From the sequence record OR529409.1: a stretch of DNA of 64,000 bases; one strand, written 5' to 3'. The notes beneath the pieces are model-generated. The model did not search any database. It saw only the letters and a program-made list of their open reading frames with translations, and was not told where the DNA came from. Within the stretch, counting starts at the first letter, position 1, and every line of letters starts with the position of its first letter. Shown here piece after piece: positions 48,761 to 58,693 of this stretch. The position numbers and the translations under genes are program-made.

Positions 48761-49324
48761 ATGACCATAAAGACTCTTTCCGGGAGATTATTTCTTAACC
48801 GAGATAAATCTAATCTCAACAGCGTAAGTTGGTCGGCTAAAGTCACCATTGTCGATTATGAAACGAAAAAGAAAGAAAAAATCCATAACGAGATTTTTGA
48901 CGCTAATCTTACCATTCGTAAAGGGAATTCAAGCATAGTCCTCCATACCAATAATGACGGGGTAGACAAAAATTTTGAATCTTTTTTGTCTAAGCTTCGG
49001 CTCATCAGCACTCACGTTCGTGATTTCGTTGAGCAATGCGAGATTAAGCGCAGTAAACCAACCCAGGTTAAAACCGAGCGCTACTGGTTAAATGACCCTG
49101 AAGGAATCGATAAATCATTTACTGGGTCACTGGTAAAGATATACGATACTTATAGCGACACCATAGAAATAAGTTCCTGTGAGCGATCAGCGCGTTGGTA
49201 TATCAATAGTTACCTTAATCGAGGGAAGTCCGAGATTGGCGAACTTATTGTTTTACAGCGCGCCATAGATCGGCTCATTAGAGATATTGGTATTGTTTTA
49301 AAAGAGGTTAAAAATGGGGCGTAA
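48761..49324 (+). CDS. Hypothetical protein
   Basis: Start moved to ATG 48761. Confidence 0.7.
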   Translation: MTIKTLSGRLFLNRDKSNLNSVSWSAKVTIVDYETKKKEKIHNEIFDANLTIRKGNSSIVLHTNNDGVDKNFESFLSKLRLISTHVRDFVEQCEIKRSKPTQVKTERYWLNDPEGIDKSFTGSLVKIYDTYSDTIEISSCERSARWYINSYLNRGKSEIGELIVLQRAIDRLIRDIGIVLKEVKNGA

Positions 49325-49733
49325 GAGTCACGGGGAAGATTATTCCGACGCAGAGCTTGATTTTATCGCAAGCGTAGCGCACAGCGTGCAATGTGGGATA
49401 GACTATGCCTTTGGTCTACCGGAATTATATCAATGGGGGTTGATGGGAGAGGGGTATAAAGCCCAAATGAAAGCATCTGTCAGAGCCGTTCTGGTTCATG
49501 ACAAATCACCAAAATCTCTCCATGGTAGTTGGCTTAGTCGGCTAACCCAAGAAGGTTGGGTTCATGGAGAAGTAAAGGATGCGGAAAAGAAAACCCATCC
49601 GTTATTAGTTCCATTCGATGAACTTCCTATCGAATGGAAACTTCGTCTTCGTCAATTCCGAGCAGCAGTCATTCCTTTTAGAAAAACCAAAAATACAGTG
49701 AGATCTAATCTCATTCCCTTTTCAAAAAAATAA
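49314..49733 (+). CDS. RyR (ryanodine receptor repeat) domain protein
   Basis: LHGSWLSRLTQEGWVHGEVKDAEKKTHPLLVPFDELP matches H..W......GW.YG..D...K.HP.LVP(Y/F)..L. Confidence 0.85.
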   Translation: MGRKSHGEDYSDAELDFIASVAHSVQCGIDYAFGLPELYQWGLMGEGYKAQMKASVRAVLVHDKSPKSLHGSWLSRLTQEGWVHGEVKDAEKKTHPLLVPFDELPIEWKLRLRQFRAAVIPFRKTKNTVRSNLIPFSKK

Positions 49734-49758
49734 CCGTACAGATTTAGGAACATGAATC

Positions 49759-50508
49759 ATGTCAAATACCATTCCTCACATTTATATTCCGACTGACATC
49801 AAGAATGACGCTGGCGTAGTAAACAACCGTCATAATGCGGACAACTGCGTTCGAGATATCAAAAATCTGGGCTCCCAGATCCGTCAGCACAATCTAAACG
49901 TGAAGTTGCTGGACCGCACCATGACGGGCGGACTTTATGAAACCAAAGAAGGTAGAAAATATCGCTCCCAGACATTCAAACACCATGCCAAGCTGAAGAA
50001 AGAGTTGCTCGAGCGCTTAAAGTATAAGGTCCGCGCTCTTAAAGAGATCAGGGCCATTGGGGTGGAACTTCGTCAGACGCTTTACGACATGTACCTCATC
50101 AAGTGGTTTCCGTTAAAGCTCGCCGATTTCATGGCTTCTAAAGCCTATGTCGAAACCCCATTCGACTCAGACAAAGAGAAAAACCACCTCCACCATTGTT
50201 TGGAGATGCTTTTAGCTGAGAACGGTAATGCGGTAGTTTGGCTGGCCGTTCCTTCATCTTCTGATGTTCCTCTGGCCTTTATCGCGGGCACTGATGCAGC
50301 AAACGACACCTTTGATATGGATGTGTTTTATGTACACGCGCCTACCTGGGAACGTCATTGCGAAGTAATGAAATATCTGTTTAAACGGCTCAAATCTAAC
50401 GGCGTCCATCCAGTTTCTCTGGTAAAGAACAGTCCGGAGCTAAGCCGTATCTCCAGCGATATGGTTGAGATGGGCGGATCGGTTTCTTTTGTGGCGTTTA
50501 ACTTTTAA
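49759..50508 (+). CDS. Hypothetical protein
   Basis: tagga RBS plus leader. Confidence 0.75.
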   Translation: MSNTIPHIYIPTDIKNDAGVVNNRHNADNCVRDIKNLGSQIRQHNLNVKLLDRTMTGGLYETKEGRKYRSQTFKHHAKLKKELLERLKYKVRALKEIRAIGVELRQTLYDMYLIKWFPLKLADFMASKAYVETPFDSDKEKNHLHHCLEMLLAENGNAVVWLAVPSSSDVPLAFIAGTDAANDTFDMDVFYVHAPTWERHCEVMKYLFKRLKSNGVHPVSLVKNSPELSRISSDMVEMGGSVSFVAFNF

Positions 50509-50520
50509 GGGTGATCAAAC

Positions 50521-51195
50521 ATGGGTGTAAATTCTAGAACGATGTCGCTTTCTTACTACAAGACAAAAACGACAGATGAAAAAGACGAGTTTCCTATTGA
50601 CTCCGATATTAACACTGTCATCTTTGATTTCGAAACCGCTTCGCTTGGCACAAACCCTGCGATACTCAGCATGGGTGCGTTTGCTTTCGATCGGTTTAGT
50701 TTAGAAACCACACAACGTCGAATGAAGAATCCTCAGGATAAAGATACGTTTTACCGTAATCTTAATCTAAAGGAATCGTTCTTCTTGGGTTTTGACATCT
50801 CCAAAGAAACTGGGGAATGGCATTACAAAAAGAACGGAACAAACCTCGGTAAGATGTTAGAGAACGAGGTTTCTCCCTACGCGGCCTTACGGGAATTCAA
50901 ACGCTTCATCATGTCTTATCGTCGTAAGACCGAGGACATGGTTATTCTGATTCGTCGCACTCACGCGGATTACATTTGGTTAGAGAATCTGTGTAAGCGA
51001 TTGGATGCAGAGATGTTCCTCAGACACAACGACGTGATTGACATCCCAAGCATCGTGTTTGCTAAAACAGGCGACGTTAAAGGGCATTACACCCTGGAAG
51101 AAAGTTTGTTTGAAGGCCTTGTAAGCCATCATGCACTGACCGATTGTTATTTGGACGCGCTTCGCATTTGTTCGCTGTACCAAGAAACGAAGTAA
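50521..51195 (+). CDS. DEDDh 3'-5' exonuclease (RNase T/DnaQ-like)
   Basis: IFDFET (ExoI), HADY (ExoII), HHALTDC (ExoIII). Confidence 0.85.
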   Translation: MGVNSRTMSLSYYKTKTTDEKDEFPIDSDINTVIFDFETASLGTNPAILSMGAFAFDRFSLETTQRRMKNPQDKDTFYRNLNLKESFFLGFDISKETGEWHYKKNGTNLGKMLENEVSPYAALREFKRFIMSYRRKTEDMVILIRRTHADYIWLENLCKRLDAEMFLRHNDVIDIPSIVFAKTGDVKGHYTLEESLFEGLVSHHALTDCYLDALRICSLYQETK

Positions 51196-51250
51196 AAACG
51201 TAGAGGGGTTAACGCCCCTCTCTTATTTTGTCTTTTTAGGAATTAACATC

Positions 51251-51547
51251 ATGAGCTTAGAATCTTTCTTTCGTCAATTGCTAGATTGGCCGGAATACGA
51301 AACACCATCGTACTTTATTAAAAACGGGGTATGCACGATTATAGACGGCGAAGACCAAATCAGTTTTCGCATAAGAGATATCGCCCGAATACGTTTGGTT
51401 AACCGCACCGTTAACCTCTACAGCCGCACGGGAATAGTGATCACGTTCTACGGAAAGAAACCTTACATTCTCGTAGAGAGCTCTTCTGACTTTAAAGAAT
51501 ATTTCGTTAAAATGATGTCCGATATCTTCGCTGGAAGGGAATGCTGA
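51251..51547 (+). CDS. Hypothetical protein
   Basis: tagga RBS plus leader. Confidence 0.7.
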   Translation: MSLESFFRQLLDWPEYETPSYFIKNGVCTIIDGEDQISFRIRDIARIRLVNRTVNLYSRTGIVITFYGKKPYILVESSSDFKEYFVKMMSDIFAGREC

Positions 51548-52110
51548 TGAAAAGTATCAAACGCAAGTACGTAACGGCTAATGAACTTAAGAATAGTAAG
51601 TTCATTATCTTCGGGGAAATGCATACAGCAGAAGATCGCGATGAAGTTGAATTTTTGATTCGACGGGCTCACGCGCTAAAGCCGTTTAAAGTCCTCTTTA
51701 GTGAGGAATGCGGAAGTGAAGTGTTCCTCACACCTAATGCCATTAAGCGAGGACTGGCATTAGAGAAATGGTCAATTAGTGATCGTTCGTTTAAATTAGC
51801 GTTAGAGCTCGGGTTACAAGTCGTGGGATGTGATCTTTGGGATAAATCCGTTTACGCCTGGGATAAGAAAGACGAGAACGGAATCTACACCGATTGTCGA
51901 CGTAGCTTCGCATTAAGAGAGCAGTTTATGATCGATCAGATCATGGGGTTGTGCAACCCTAACAACCCACATGTGCGCGGCTGTATGATCGTAGGAGACA
52001 GTCACCTAAGGATGACAAAAAATCCCGTTATGGGGAACGCCAGTGCGCTTGGCAAGCTTGTTTATAATCGGGGGTTAATCCTTCGTAGTGACATTGGGGA
52101 AGTGGCATGA
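51541..52110 (+). CDS. EreA/ChaN/TraB-superfamily-like protein
   Basis: IIFGEMH, FSEE, VVGCD, RE.FM, IVGDSH motif order. Confidence 0.6.
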   Translation: MLMKSIKRKYVTANELKNSKFIIFGEMHTAEDRDEVEFLIRRAHALKPFKVLFSEECGSEVFLTPNAIKRGLALEKWSISDRSFKLALELGLQVVGCDLWDKSVYAWDKKDENGIYTDCRRSFALREQFMIDQIMGLCNPNNPHVRGCMIVGDSHLRMTKNPVMGNASALGKLVYNRGLILRSDIGEVA

Positions 52111-52535
52111 AAATATTCTTAATGCAGGAAAATTTTTGTAGTCGTGAGTTCTTTTCTCTTTTAAAGGATTACGGGGTTCCTAAGGGGAATCTGGATACGA
52201 ATAAGGATGGGTATATCTACGTTCGTACCGGGATAGAACCAAAGGAAATTATCCGACGGATTAAACTGGCCGATAGTCGCAAAATGAAAGTTGTTTTCAT
52301 TATTCCGCATTATCTCAACCAGAGTAAAGAGCTGTACCTAGCCCTCAAGGACGATGGTCACGATTGGGAGAATCACCTAAGCATAGTTGGAAATCATTTG
52401 GAAGAAGCCGATTATGTTGATTTTGTCAGAGACGACAACCTCACAGATCTTGTAAAGATCATTCAACGTGTAAAAACTGAGTGGGGTCGCGCCACCCATC
52501 CCGCTCATTCATCTATTTTTGGTTCAGTTAACTGA
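52107..52535 (+). CDS. Hypothetical protein
   Basis: ATGA overlap. Confidence 0.7.
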   Translation: MKIFLMQENFCSREFFSLLKDYGVPKGNLDTNKDGYIYVRTGIEPKEIIRRIKLADSRKMKVVFIIPHYLNQSKELYLALKDDGHDWENHLSIVGNHLEEADYVDFVRDDNLTDLVKIIQRVKTEWGRATHPAHSSIFGSVN

Positions 52536-52595
52536 AAACCCAATACACCCCACCTTTAAACATAAAGGTGGCGTGAGTAGAATAATTGGTCGGAG

Positions 52596-53024
52596 ATGAT
52601 CATGAGACTATCCCAGTATAAAGATCTATTACAAAGTGTTTCGGCTGAACCGATTCGGTTTAACTCTGAGTTCTACGAAAAAGTTATCCCTTTCCCTATT
52701 ACAGGGAAAGACTCTACTAAGGCGCATTGGAGTTTGGTATTAAACCGGCCGGTGTCGGTAGAAGCGGCTTTCCTCAAATACGCGACTGGGGTCTTCGTTG
52801 ATTTCGGGGAATACTTTACGATACCGGAGCCGTTATCCTTAGCGGACTTCGTATTCCAATATAGTCGTAATGGCGGGTTTCAGTTAACGGAGTATTTCAC
52901 TCACTTTATTCCCGCTCCCGATATCACCAGCCCATACGGCTGGGCTACTGTATCACGTAAGCCCTTAAATATTAAAGCGCACTACGATCTGTACGTGGGG
53001 AACCCCAAGTTCATTAAAAAGTAA
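52596..53024 (+). CDS. Hypothetical protein
   Basis: ggag RBS. Confidence 0.7.
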   Translation: MIMRLSQYKDLLQSVSAEPIRFNSEFYEKVIPFPITGKDSTKAHWSLVLNRPVSVEAAFLKYATGVFVDFGEYFTIPEPLSLADFVFQYSRNGGFQLTEYFTHFIPAPDITSPYGWATVSRKPLNIKAHYDLYVGNPKFIKK

Positions 53025-53048
53025 TACTTTTATTTAGGACCTAACATC

Positions 53049-53846
53049 ATGAGTGATCAGTGTGAATGGAAAGACGTTTATGTGACTGGCTGCAATCATG
53101 TAAACGATAAGATCATGTTAAAATATCGCCCTCAGTTTAGTACGATGGAAGAACATGATAATGAAACCTGGGGTCTTCTCGACCAAGTACCAGAAGATAA
53201 AATCGTTATCTTCTTAGGCGACAACTTCCTCAGTCCAGAAAGTCTAATAAGACTAAAACAGTATAAGTTTTACAAAGTCCACGTGCTCGGTAACCACGAT
53301 CTCCAAAACGGGGTAAACGTAAAAATGATTACCGATGTGATGGATGAAGTCCATGGCAGCATTAAAATGGACGGGATATGGTTCTCGCACATCCCGATAC
53401 ATAAACACGCTTTAGGGCATGGTTATATTAACATCCACGCTCACATGCACACCGACACGTTATGGGACGATCGTTACGTTAACGTAAGTATGGAAGCAAC
53501 CAATTACCGGTTAATTTCTGTTGACGAAATACTGAACGGTAAGTACGTTCCTTTTTCCTTCCTCCCTAAAGGAAGAACAGAATCCTTAGATTTAACTGTC
53601 CCGATAAACGTTACTCGGTTTATTCTCGACGAAGAGATCTTTGATCAGGAAGGTAACTTGGTCGCAGAAATTAAATCAGTTGACGCCAGCCGCCCAATGA
53701 AGATAGACGTGAATATAAAAATGCTGCTCAGTGAATTTAAAGCGCATTTTAAATCACCTACCCAGTTCAAATTCGTCGCAGGTAGGGGTCAAGTTCACTC
53801 TAAAATTGTTTTCAACAAAATATCAACTCAGGAGTTATCATCGTGA
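53049..53846 (+). CDS. Calcineurin-like metallophosphoesterase with C-terminal extension
   Basis: TGCNH (D replaced by C), LGDN, LGNHD, SHIP, IHAHMH. Confidence 0.85.
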   Translation: MSDQCEWKDVYVTGCNHVNDKIMLKYRPQFSTMEEHDNETWGLLDQVPEDKIVIFLGDNFLSPESLIRLKQYKFYKVHVLGNHDLQNGVNVKMITDVMDEVHGSIKMDGIWFSHIPIHKHALGHGYINIHAHMHTDTLWDDRYVNVSMEATNYRLISVDEILNGKYVPFSFLPKGRTESLDLTVPINVTRFILDEEIFDQEGNLVAEIKSVDASRPMKIDVNIKMLLSEFKAHFKSPTQFKFVAGRGQVHSKIVFNKISTQELSS

Positions 53847-54199
53847 AAGAGGAAAGATTACTGCAGCTCATTGCTTCTTCTAAAGTTCTTGAAGTCGTCA
53901 CAATCACCCATAAAGAACTCCTGGAAATTGCAGAGTGTCGGATTCAGGTAAAAACCTTTTATCCCGACATTGTTGATCGTTACCTCGGTTATCTCAAAAA
54001 CTCTCCTGAACTAGGTACGGGTAAAACCAAAACGTCGCATCTCATCTGGATGCTGGAGAGTATAAGGGATAATTCTGAAATGTCCCTTACCAAGAAACAT
54101 CGCTGGTTGGGGTACATTCAAGGTATTATGGTTTCTCACGGTATTCTTGATGTAGACGAAGAACGTGACAGCACCAGAGAGATTTTCAGGGGATTGTGA
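53843..54199 (+). CDS. Conserved phage hypothetical protein
   Basis: HLIWML..KKHRWLGYIQG motif. Confidence 0.75.
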   Translation: MKEERLLQLIASSKVLEVVTITHKELLEIAECRIQVKTFYPDIVDRYLGYLKNSPELGTGKTKTSHLIWMLESIRDNSEMSLTKKHRWLGYIQGIMVSHGILDVDEERDSTREIFRGL

Positions 54200-54261
54200 T
54201 GACCAAGAATGGTGCGGGTGAACAAGCTTACAATAAACTTAATAACCTGGGGAAATAAAAA

Positions 54262-54855
54262 ATGGCAAACATCGAAGCAATGAAACAAGTTAACGAAGAA
54301 GCTTTCAATGACCCACAGCCTGGCGATCTCTGGCACGAGATGTTTAATGAACAACTCCGGGTTATTAAGGTTAATGACGACGGGTCCTTATTTATCAGAT
54401 ACTCCCCATCTGGAATAAACCAGATCTTGAAGATTAATCGCTCGCAGTTCGCCCTTATGTTAAAGTACAAACATAATGATAATTTTTGTCTTGACGTGAT
54501 AAGGGGCAAGAGTGTTTTCGATCTCCCAAGAAAGATCAGTAACGGTTTATTCGTTAAATTTGAAGACAGCGGTTTAAGCTGCCGGGTGGTGGAAGTCTTT
54601 AAAGACGTTTACGTTGTTGCAGACGCTAACGCGCTGACTAACCTTTGCCTGGAAGTCGGGATGAAGAAGCCGTTAGTTCCCGATAATTTGCGTTATCCTT
54701 TAATCGTTCATCTTGGCGGGGTAGGTCAAGCCGATGAGTTACTAAAAGAAACCTCTCTAGCAAAAATTAATCGCATCTTTGACTCGGTCAATTACAATAA
54801 CTCGGTCAAAACGATTTACAGCTATAATAACTGGTTGGTGTTCCGTAATTTTTAA
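54262..54855 (+). CDS. Hypothetical protein
   Basis: gggga RBS. Confidence 0.7.
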   Translation: MANIEAMKQVNEEAFNDPQPGDLWHEMFNEQLRVIKVNDDGSLFIRYSPSGINQILKINRSQFALMLKYKHNDNFCLDVIRGKSVFDLPRKISNGLFVKFEDSGLSCRVVEVFKDVYVVADANALTNLCLEVGMKKPLVPDNLRYPLIVHLGGVGQADELLKETSLAKINRIFDSVNYNNSVKTIYSYNNWLVFRNF

Positions 54856-54864
54856 GGATTCGAT

Positions 54865-55302
54865 ATGAGCTTACGCGCTTTGTATTGCGGTGGTGTTGTT
54901 AAAAATGGAATAGTGGCTTGGGGTAACCATATCCCGGTTACTCATCGAGAAACTTTCCTTCAATTTAAATTTCAACTCAAAGGATGTAAATCGGCTGGGT
55001 TCTTAGGGGACGAAGAAGGGTATTTGAAAATTTATGGTAAGAGTATTAGTCTCGGTATCGAGGCTAACGATTTTACTAATAAACGAATCAGGGCGGGTCA
55101 AGACAACTACCGGTTCTTCCGTTGCATGGTGACCGTAGGTAACTACGAATTCCCGTTATTATTTTGCGGGACTTACGAACCTGAGTTCTTTGAGTTACGT
55201 AAGGAAATCACCAGAGACGAGCTTGGCGATGCGTTAAGTCAGCTCGAACAACTGGGCTGCAATTATGTCAGCAACGATCGCAGAACCGTTAACTGGCTTT
55301 AG
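54865..55302 (+). CDS. Hypothetical protein
   Basis: aagga RBS. Confidence 0.7.
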   Translation: MSLRALYCGGVVKNGIVAWGNHIPVTHRETFLQFKFQLKGCKSAGFLGDEEGYLKIYGKSISLGIEANDFTNKRIRAGQDNYRFFRCMVTVGNYEFPLLFCGTYEPEFFELRKEITRDELGDALSQLEQLGCNYVSNDRRTVNWL

Positions 55303-55311
55303 GAAAATGAA

Positions 55312-56535
55312 ATGTTCGAATATCTCATTCAGATAAATCAGGTTCTCTCTTCTGTCCCTATTATCGGTGGGAGTTTAGCGGTAGCCTTAGGGGGCGGGAT
55401 CATTGCCGCCTTCTGGAAAGGACCTGCGTTACTCTCGAGGATTTTTAACTCCACTGTTGTGGTTTCCTTCACTCTTAATAACTCAGGGTGGGGCAATAAT
55501 ACCAAGCACTACATTGCGTTTATTAAATGGTTTAACCGTTCAGATATTCTTAAGATAACGCGATCTACTGGTTACGAGGCCGTTTACGACAGCTCTGGTA
55601 AAGGGCCTAGTGTCGGCAGTCATTTATTTCGATTTAAGAATAAATGGTACTATCTCAAAATCAAAGAACTCCCTTCTACGGGAAGCGAGCGTGAGAAGAA
55701 AGAGATATGTATAAAGACGTTAGGGTGTTCTGTCAGCATTTTCGACGATCTCTTCGAGGCCTTTAAGGATAAGACGGATGACGACGGAGAACTCAAAGTA
55801 AAACGGTTCAGGGACAATTACTGGTACGACGCCTGTCTTCTCAGCAGGAGGTCGTGGGATACCGTCATCTTAAACAAAGAAAAGAAGGTGGAAATAGTCG
55901 AACTCATCGAAGAGTTTTACGCGTCGAGGGAGTGGTACCGAGAAAGAGGAATACCGTATAAACTCGTTATTGTTTTGTACGGCCCGGCTGGGACGGGTAA
56001 GAGTACCGTTATCAAAGCGTTAGCACGCTTGTTTAACAAAAACCTTAACCTCATTTATCTTCACCAAATGACGGATAATACCTTCCCGGCCAGCATAGAG
56101 ACGGTAGAGCAAGATTCTTTTATTGCCATAGAGGATTTTGATACGGTTTCTTCTATAGGGTCGAGGACTAAACCTAAGGAGGAGAAAGATCCGTTCCAAA
56201 TAGACCTTTCAGACGGAGGATTAAACCTGACCACTGTTTTAAATACATTGGATGGGATCGCCGAATTGAACGGTCAGGTCATCTTTATGTCAACCAACCA
56301 TCTTGAAAAGATCGACAGTGCGCTGATCCGAACTGGTAGGGTGGATGCAAAAATCCACATCGGGTTTTTAGGTAAAGAAGAGGTCGAAGACTTCATTCAA
56401 ATTATGTATCCTGGAACAGAAGCCGATTTGGATTTTGTTACAGAAATCTCTGGGTCGGATCTTCAGTCGTATGCGTTAGCCAACAAAAGAAATTCGGAAG
56501 GTTTCTTAAAAGAGCTTAAGGACCATTTTAAATAA
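55312..56535 (+). CDS. Bcs1-like membrane-anchored AAA+ ATPase
   Basis: N-terminal TM; RSWDTVIL; WYRERGIPYK; Walker A GPAGTGKS; Walker B IAIEDFD; LNTLDG; STNH.EKIDSALIRTGRVD. Confidence 0.88.
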   Translation: MFEYLIQINQVLSSVPIIGGSLAVALGGGIIAAFWKGPALLSRIFNSTVVVSFTLNNSGWGNNTKHYIAFIKWFNRSDILKITRSTGYEAVYDSSGKGPSVGSHLFRFKNKWYYLKIKELPSTGSEREKKEICIKTLGCSVSIFDDLFEAFKDKTDDDGELKVKRFRDNYWYDACLLSRRSWDTVILNKEKKVEIVELIEEFYASREWYRERGIPYKLVIVLYGPAGTGKSTVIKALARLFNKNLNLIYLHQMTDNTFPASIETVEQDSFIAIEDFDTVSSIGSRTKPKEEKDPFQIDLSDGGLNLTTVLNTLDGIAELNGQVIFMSTNHLEKIDSALIRTGRVDAKIHIGFLGKEEVEDFIQIMYPGTEADLDFVTEISGSDLQSYALANKRNSEGFLKELKDHFK

Positions 56536-56559
56536 CCTTTTATTTTAGGACAAACATCG

Positions 56560-57114
56560 ATGATTTTACAAGCAGTTAGCGTCGGTGGTAAGAAAACCAC
56601 CATCGAAATAGAAGAAGGGCTTGTTAATGTTTGGTTGTTAGCTAAGCACGACGTCTTCTTACAAAACTTACCTCCTCTGGTTTGCCACGCGTTGATTAAA
56701 GAACATATCGAACGCAATATTACCCGTCGGCCCGACATTCCTTTAACAGCCCAAGTACGCGAGCTGATGTACCGCGATATTACCATTAAGCTCAACGGTA
56801 AACCAAACTCGGTCATTCCCGTAATTAAAGTAAGACCGAGTAAAACCAGAAATCAGCTGAACCGAATCGTCAAAGAGTACTTCACGGTAAACAGCATGGA
56901 GTTCGATAAGAAACTCACTGTTGGTGAAATGCGTAAATTGGAGAAATACCTCCTTTCCTTTTACAAAGAACCCGTGCAGATTCACAAGAAAGAATTCCCT
57001 AATGGGGTTTATAAACTCATCGGCGTGGAATACGAAAATGAGCGGTTTGAAATAACCTTCTCTGACGATTTCTTCTTCGCCTTATTTAAAGGACCTGAAT
57101 ACCGTGTTCAATAA
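56560..57114 (+). CDS. Hypothetical protein
   Basis: tagga RBS. Confidence 0.7.
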   Translation: MILQAVSVGGKKTTIEIEEGLVNVWLLAKHDVFLQNLPPLVCHALIKEHIERNITRRPDIPLTAQVRELMYRDITIKLNGKPNSVIPVIKVRPSKTRNQLNRIVKEYFTVNSMEFDKKLTVGEMRKLEKYLLSFYKEPVQIHKKEFPNGVYKLIGVEYENERFEITFSDDFFFALFKGPEYRVQ

Positions 57115-57520
57115 TAAAATTTTGGTTATTAAGTCTGATTTCGATATCGTCACTCAATACCGAACAGTGAAAAGAAATAAAGGTCACCACATCTATGCTC
57201 ATGAACTCGTTGGTTTAGAGGAGGTCAAGCAAAGAGTAGGGGACGAAAATCTACTTAATAGTATCGTGATTTTTATTCGTAACGATGTATTCTTCGTCTT
57301 TATGATGGGCGCTGTGCACTACGGCCTGGTTCACGATGTTGATCATCTTACCGATCACATCCTGAAAATACGGGAGAGTATTATCGGGAATAAAGATCTG
57401 CGACATCGTAGTATTTTGCATTTAGCTGGTGAAGGGTTTGGGAATTATTTCATTATTCCCACTGTTGACCCTGTTGCGCACAAGGCATTAAACGACTTCC
57501 TGAATAATAGATTATTCTAA
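57104..57520 (+). CDS. Hypothetical protein
   Basis: GTG start overlapping previous gene. Confidence 0.65.
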   Translation: MFNNKILVIKSDFDIVTQYRTVKRNKGHHIYAHELVGLEEVKQRVGDENLLNSIVIFIRNDVFFVFMMGAVHYGLVHDVDHLTDHILKIRESIIGNKDLRHRSILHLAGEGFGNYFIIPTVDPVAHKALNDFLNNRLF

Positions 57521-57523
57521 CTG

Positions 57524-57555
57524 TTACTGGAGTGGGCATAACCCCACTCCAGTAA
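57524..57555 (+). terminator. Terminator hairpin
   Basis: ttactggagtggg-cataac-cccactccagtaa followed by T run. Confidence 0.75.
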
Positions 57556-57632
57556 GTTATTTTTTTTTCATATTATTTTAAAACTATATTACCTAAACGT
57601 ATAGACAACTTCTTGTATTTGGGCGGTGGCGC

Positions 57633-57929
57633 ATGAAAGATAAAAATGATCAATTGATGTTCATAGAACGCATCAACGATCTTTCTCTTTCCGTATTTGA
57701 GGAAATGAAGGGAGAACACTGGATAGATTCCAGATTTGGTTTAATCGAACACAATATAAACGACCAACTGCAAAAAGTGATTATTGACTACCTAGGTAAA
57801 GTAAACCGAGAAGGACTTAATCCAACGCAGATGGGCGTCGAGGTAATCGTTGAAAATAAATGGTCTAACTCGGTAACTGTTAAACCGAATAAAGAACTCG
57901 ATAAATTGATAAGAAGATTAGGGGAATAG
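57633..57929 (+). CDS. Hypothetical protein
   Basis: Downstream of TATTAC 57587. Confidence 0.7.
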   Translation: MKDKNDQLMFIERINDLSLSVFEEMKGEHWIDSRFGLIEHNINDQLQKVIIDYLGKVNREGLNPTQMGVEVIVENKWSNSVTVKPNKELDKLIRRLGE

Positions 57930-57933
57930 TAAA

Positions 57934-58182
57934 ATGATTTATTTCGATTTAGATTTTTTACTCGGGTCTAAGATCACGAAAGAAGAATTTAAGGAGCTAT
58001 TTCCGGACGCAGATCCCGATCACCTATCCTGTTCTTCTACCGAGGAGGAAATTGATTTCGAAAATGCTTTTTGTGCGGAAGATCCTTATGATTCGGAAAT
58101 CCTTCACCGATCCGTACCCATAATCGAAGGATCAAAATCAGATTTAATTTCGTCATACAAATTAGCGGAGGATGAGATATGA
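57934..58182 (+). CDS. Acidic hypothetical protein
   Basis: Operon context. Confidence 0.65.
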   Translation: MIYFDLDFLLGSKITKEEFKELFPDADPDHLSCSSTEEEIDFENAFCAEDPYDSEILHRSVPIIEGSKSDLISSYKLAEDEI

Positions 58183-58402
58183 TTATTGCTTTAAAAACGT
58201 TTGTTGGGAGGGAATTGTCATGACACCGACGATGATTTTAGGAAGTTGTTTTGTAGTGGGGGGTTTTATCTTCCTTTACGTCTTAATCAGAATCTTAATT
58301 AAGAACTGCTTAAATGGTTTCGGCAGAATGTTTATTGCGGGAGCCGGATTAACAGCTGTCGGCTTTATTATATTTTCTTGTGGTCTGATCCAAGTGGTTT
58401 GA
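58172..58402 (+). CDS. Small two-TM membrane protein
   Basis: Hydrophobic segments; true start may be the downstream MTPT. Confidence 0.6.
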   Translation: MRYDYCFKNVCWEGIVMTPTMILGSCFVVGGFIFLYVLIRILIKNCLNGFGRMFIAGAGLTAVGFIIFSCGLIQVV

Positions 58403-58426
58403 CCCGCAAGATCTGGAGGAGTAACA

Positions 58427-58693
58427 ATGAAATATTTTTTAGGGTTATTAGTTTTGTGTTGTGGTTTGTCTTATGCGAAAAATTCTACAGTAACCGGGAG
58501 TTGTGTTGCGATGGATCATTACGAAAAGACGGTCTATCAGTGCAGTGATGGAACGGTAACTGTCATGGATCAGGACAACGCGACCATTTGTCGTCCCAAT
58601 GATTCTGCTGTAACTGGTGGCGCACAGCGCTGCTACCGGGTGGATTTAAAAACTGGGGAAGCGCATGAAATAGAAAAAGGAGTTAACAAATGA
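58427..58693 (+). CDS. Small secreted Cys-rich protein
   Basis: Signal peptide ..SYA; four Cys in the mature part. Confidence 0.75.
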   Translation: MKYFLGLLVLCCGLSYAKNSTVTGSCVAMDHYEKTVYQCSDGTVTVMDQDNATICRPNDSAVTGGAQRCYRVDLKTGEAHEIEKGVNK

